Positions 59,336 through 64,000 of a DNA stretch of 64,000 nucleotides are shown one piece after another. How positions within the stretch are numbered: position 1 is the first letter of the stretch; each line of letters begins with the position of its first letter. The stretch lies in NCBI RefSeq assembly GCF_000143415.4, contig NW_003314389.1:44158-108157 (forward strand), read 5' to 3'. This DNA is from Selaginella moellendorffii (taxonomy: Eukaryota; Plantae; Lycopodiophyta). The notes under the pieces were generated by a model. That model did no database searches, was not told the origin of the DNA, and saw nothing but the letters and a program-made list of their open reading frames with translations. The translations under genes and the position numbers were made by a program.

Positions 59336-62300
59336 TCGGGACCGAGAACGAGACCGAGGCCGAGGCCGAGACCGAGCCCAAGCCCGAGTCCGAGTCCGAG
59401 TCCGAGTCCGAGTCCGAGTCTGAGAGGGTGAAAGCCCAAAGCGTTCGTCTCCCAGACCCTGGGGGGTTTGGTGAGCTCCAAAAGTATAGTAGGGGGAGGA
59501 CTGCAGTGGAGCCAGTTTGGCCAGGAAAGGCCAGTTTGGCCCAGGAAGGCCAGACCCAGTGTTGGGTGATGAGCTGCCCATTGGGAAGTCCAAGACTAGA
59601 GTGAACACAGACCGACAAGCGGGGTAGCTTGGTGAAGTGTTCAAGAGCCGGCTCTAGTTCCCCCGGGAGATCGACTAGCCGATACTCCCAGTCCAAGTGT
59701 GGGTGGCACTACCTACTTGGATACCTGGTGTGGCTCAACGGAACCCGCTCTAAGCCCATGGCTAGAGCACCCAAGGGCAGAAGGCGAGGAGAGTACCCAG
59801 GTGGCTCGCGTAAGGCCACGGTGTTCCGAAATGTTGTCCCAAAGGCCCAGACTGTGGAAAGGAAGAGGAGCAGTCCTCTGGGGTAGTGATCAAGGACACA
59901 GTTGTGTGGTGAAGAAGTCCCAGAGGACCGTGGGACTTAGTGGTCGGGCCTGTGGGTCTCGATCCAGTGACAGTGTTGGCAAACACGGCTAGGGGCAGAA
60001 AGAGACTTAGTGGGGACTGACAGAGGGATATTGGGGAAGGCTATTTCCCTTGTCGGTGGGCATCCTAAGGATGCTAAGGAGTGGATCTCAGATGACCACT
60101 CACGGATGGTTTGCCTAGTCTTGGAGAGCCAAGACGGTGATGCAAGTGGTATTGGACTACTAGTTGTGAGACACAAAATCCCTAGGCCCCAAAGTGGAGC
60201 CGGAAGGGCGCCACATGGTAGTGGCCGAAGCGAGAGCCAAACGAGCGTAACACGTTTGGACCAAGAGCTCCGACTTGAAAAGTCAAGAGCGGGAGTGGAA
60301 CTCCCAACGAAGTGCTCGAGGAACGAGCACGAAGCGAGCAAAAGGCGAGGCTCCAAAAAGGGACCCAAAAGGACCAACACATGACACGTGGGAGTGCCCG
60401 AGATGGACCCGAAATGGAGTCCGAGATGGACTCGAGTTGGAGTCCGAAGTGGAGTCCGAGATGGACTCGAGTTGGAGTCCGAGGTGGACCCGAGATGGAC
60501 CCGAAATGGAGTCCGAGATGGACCCGAGATGGACCCGAAATGGAGTCCGAGATGGACCCGAGATGGAGTCCGAGATGGAGTCCGAGGTGGACCCGAGATG
60601 GACCCGAAATGGAGTCCGAGATGGAGTCCGAGATGGATCCGAGATGGAGTCCGAGGTGGACCCGAGATGGACCCGAAATGGAGTCCGAGATGGAGTCCGA
60701 GATGGACCCGAGATGGAGTCCGAGATGGAGTCCGAGATGGACCCGAGATGGAGTCCGAGATGGAGTCCGAGATGGAGTCCGAGATGGACCCGAGATGGAG
60801 TCCGAGATGGACCCAAGATGGACCCGAGATGGAGTCCGAGATGGAGTCCGAGATGGAGTCCGAGATGGAGTCCGAAGTCGAGACCGAGACCGGGACCGAG
60901 ACCGGGACCGAGACCAAGACCGAGACCGAGATCGGGACCGAGACCGAGACCGAGGCCGAGGCCGAGACCGAGCCCGAGCCCGAGTCCGAGTCCGAATCCG
61001 AGTCCGAGTCCGAGTCCGAGTCCGAGTCCGAGTCCGGAGCCTGAGAGGGTGAAAGCCCAAAGCGTTCGTCTCCCAGACCCTGGGGGGTTTGGTGAGCCCC
61101 AAAAGTATAGTAAGGGGGAGGACTGCAGTGGAGCCAGTTTGGCCAGGAAAGGCCAGTTTGGCCCAGGAAGGCCAGACCCAGTGTTGGGTGATGAGCTGCC
61201 CACTGGGAAGTCCAAGACTAGAGTGAACACAGACCGACAAGCGGGGTAGCTTGGTGAAGTGTTCAAGAGCCGGCTCTAGTTCCCCCGGGAGATCGACTGG
61301 CCGATGCTCCCAGTCCAAGTGTGGGTGGCACTACCTACTTGGATACCAGGCGTGGCTCAACGGAACCCGCTCTAAGCCCATGGCTAGAGCACCTAAAGGC
61401 GATAGGTGGGGAGAGTACCCAGGTGGCTCGCGTAAGGCCATGGTGTTCCGAAATGTTGTCCCAAAGGCCCAGACTGTGGAAAGGAAGAGGAGCAGTCCTC
61501 TGGGGTAGTGACCAAGGACACAGTCATGTGGTGAGGAAGTCCCAGAGGACCGTGGGACTTAGTGGTCGGGCCTGTGGGCCTCGATCCAGTGGCAGTGTTG
61601 GCAAACACGGCCAGGGGCAGAAAGGGACTTGGTAGGAACTGACAAAGGGACTTTAGGGAAGGCAATTCCCCAGGTCTGTGGGCATCCTAAGGATGCTAAG
61701 GAGTGGATCTAGGATGACCACTCGTGGACACATGGCCCAGTCTTGGAGAGACGAGGTGGTGATGCAAGTGGTGTTGAACCACTAGTGCAGCAAAGGTGAA
61801 TGGGCATGGCCTTAGCGTAACGGGCCGAGATGTCAGTGGTACCTTTGGGTGTCGGTCTCAGGACTGGACACGTGGAGCACTTGGACCAGGTGCAAGTGTG
61901 GAGTGGCATGGATGCCATTCATGGGGCTAGCAAGTCCCAAGTCCTGAATTGGACTGATGGAGGTTGTGAATGAGACTCCTCCAAGTGGTCGGAGGTGTGG
62001 TTAAGTGACTAAAGTAGAATGGAAAATTTAGTCGCTTACACTAGTGTGGCAAAGGTGATTGGGCATGGCCTTAGCATAACGGGCTGCTATGTCGGTGGTA
62101 CCTTTGAGTGTCGGTCATGGGATTGGACACGTGGAGCACTTGGACCAAGTGCAAATGTTGAGTGGCATGGATGCCATTCTCGGGGCTAGCAAGTCCCAAG
62201 TCCTGGATTGGACTTATGGAGGTTGTGAATGAGACTCCTCCAAGTGGTCAGAGGTGTGGTTAAGTGACTAAAGTAGAATGGAAAATTTAGTCGCTTACAA

Positions 62301-64000
62301 TTTGGTATCGGAGCTGTTCCTTAGTCCGACTTTTATTGGTGCTCAAGTATATCACCACTAGTGTTGGCATCGGAAGGTCCAAGGAGTGGGCCTATCCTTG
62401 AGGAGTAGCAAGTCGGGAAGACATGGCTTTCCATTACAGTTCATGTGTGAACTTGTAGACGAGGTGGTGGATAGAAAAGGGCCAATAATGGAACGACTTT
62501 GGGATCTTGGGAACAGTGCAAGGTTTTCCTCATTGAGTTGAGGATGTGATCCGGATGAGCATTTGTCTCAGCAAATTGGCTAAGGTTGTTGTGGTAAACA
62601 ACTAAAGTTGGGATCACGGGAAAGATAGAGACTCCAAAACAATAAAGGAGTCACAAGATTATCCTCATATAGTTGAGGTTGGTGCTCATGAATGTGAGAC
62701 CAGAGGTAATGACCGTGGGAGGTCAAATACGGAAGAGGACTCAAGTCCTTGAAATGGTAGTCGGGGCTACCTTTAATAAATGCTAGAACAACCCAAGGAG
62801 TTGGGGGGTGTACTTAGAGATGAGTGGTATTCTCATCGCATGGACAAGTAGTCCTAAGGGGCAAAAGTTGCCCCCAGAGAACAAAATCAAGTGTCGGAGT
62901 AACACTTGTGAAAATAGTCCTTTTGAGTAGGACAGGAATGCAAGAAGTGTATTCCAGTGAGCTAGTGCCTCACAAGTAAGACCTTACGGGTCTGTGGATT
63001 AGCCAAGTCCAAAACTGTTGGATGACTCAAGTAGAGTCAAGGGATGGTCCTAAATGGACTGATGGAAGCATTTGGACTGAGGTGTGTTGTACCCCACAAA
63101 GGATGGGGGGGGATCATAGGATCCAAGGATGAGAACAGAGGGTATCTCATCGATGGCAAAATGTGCCATGCTAAAGTTATGGGAAAGGTGTTCCCAAAAG
63201 AAAACAACTTTGACACAAAGTTGTGTGTGACCTCTATGGTGCAGTGCTAACGGATGGTTGGCATGAGAAAGGGCGGTGTTGGTCTTGGCAAAGACTTAGA
63301 CACGAAGGGAAAGTGTCATAGAGGTAGGCTCGTGGAGCCGATGGTGTGGAGACACCAAATGTGCCAAGGTGTGATACCTTGAGGCTATGTTGGTGGGTTC
63401 ATGAGAACCCCTTGCCAAAGGAATCCCAATGGAAATGGGAATGGCATAGCCTAAGCTGCAGAGCATGCAGTTGGAGTGTGGTGACCCAGATAATGATGGA
63501 GGTGTGAAAGCACCAAGCAATGAGTTGTAGGACTTGACAACTATGAGGCAACTAAGCAAGAGGTGCAAAATAACTAGTTAAACGGGTAGAAGGTAGCTAC
63601 CCAAGACTTCTTAATAGCATAGGGAAGTCGGATATACCCTTACGGGGGATAAGTTGCTTGTGTTGCGATATAGTAAGTCAATGTCATAAAAGGAAATACT
63701 CATTATCAAGAAAGCCATCATTGGGACACCCGAACACTCTAGAACACCAGAAGGTGGTGTTTGATATCGCAAGGGCAATGGATAAAGCCCAAGGGACTAA
63801 ATCCCTAGCGAATGATGGATAGAAGGTGCTATCCAAATGTCCAAGGTTGCGGGGACAGGAAAGGACTGTCTACCCGAGTTGAACAAAGCCAAAAATGGAA
63901 TTTTGGCAAGGCTAGTGATGGGCATGTAAAGGCCCATAAGCAACAATGTAATCCCAGTGTGTGGGATTATAAGGTGAGCATACCCGGATTGAGGAACCAC
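58106..64000 (+). mobile_element. Nested family-A cluster: LTR fragment 58106-58479, 5' LTR 58480-62299 (split), PBS 62303, interior to the window end
   Basis: Repeated TGTGAGACACAAAA starts. GTCGCTTACA followed by TGGTATCGGAGC at 62290-62314. The interior is colinear with 25001-26710. Confidence 0.85.
60165..62040 (+). mobile_element. Family-A solo LTR inserted into a family-A LTR
   Basis: TG...CA ends with TSD CTAGT at 60160-60164 and 62041-62045. Confidence 0.9.

Noticed and set aside
23325-61318. Long ORFs (up to 480 aa) with SDSI/RTPS/LGLH/MESE/RSRS repeats as real SR-like proteins
   Set aside because: They are by-products of a stop-free LTR minisatellite, open in all six frames, with frames switching between copies.

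Overview
Eukaryotic land-plant nuclear DNA from a gapped draft assembly. An intraflagellar-transport gene and very short (about 39-95 nt) GT-AG introns point to a seed-free plant with flagellated sperm; Selaginella-like is my inference, not proven. The first ~19.5 kb hold the 3' part of IFT56/TTC26, an apparently intact APC-family (LAT/PUT) amino-acid/polyamine transporter, intron-retaining pseudogene fragments (cytosolic MDH, CFIm25) and old Ty3/gypsy and TRIM remnants. From ~20 kb onward the window is a deeply nested LTR-retroelement cluster. It contains (i) a non-coding LARD family 'A' with 1.6-1.9 kb minisatellite-bearing LTRs, (ii) a non-coding family 'B' sharing its LTR type with a decayed chromovirus, (iii) a tandem array and solo LTRs of a 5S-rRNA-bearing Cassandra TRIM, and (iv) a second TRIM. 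The most unusual feature is a young, pol-less LTR element at 44679-50499 (TSD GTCTT, tRNA-Arg PBS). It keeps an open Gag with a prion-like N/Q/Y tail behind three abutting, decayed accessory ORFs and has a splice donor inside its LTR.
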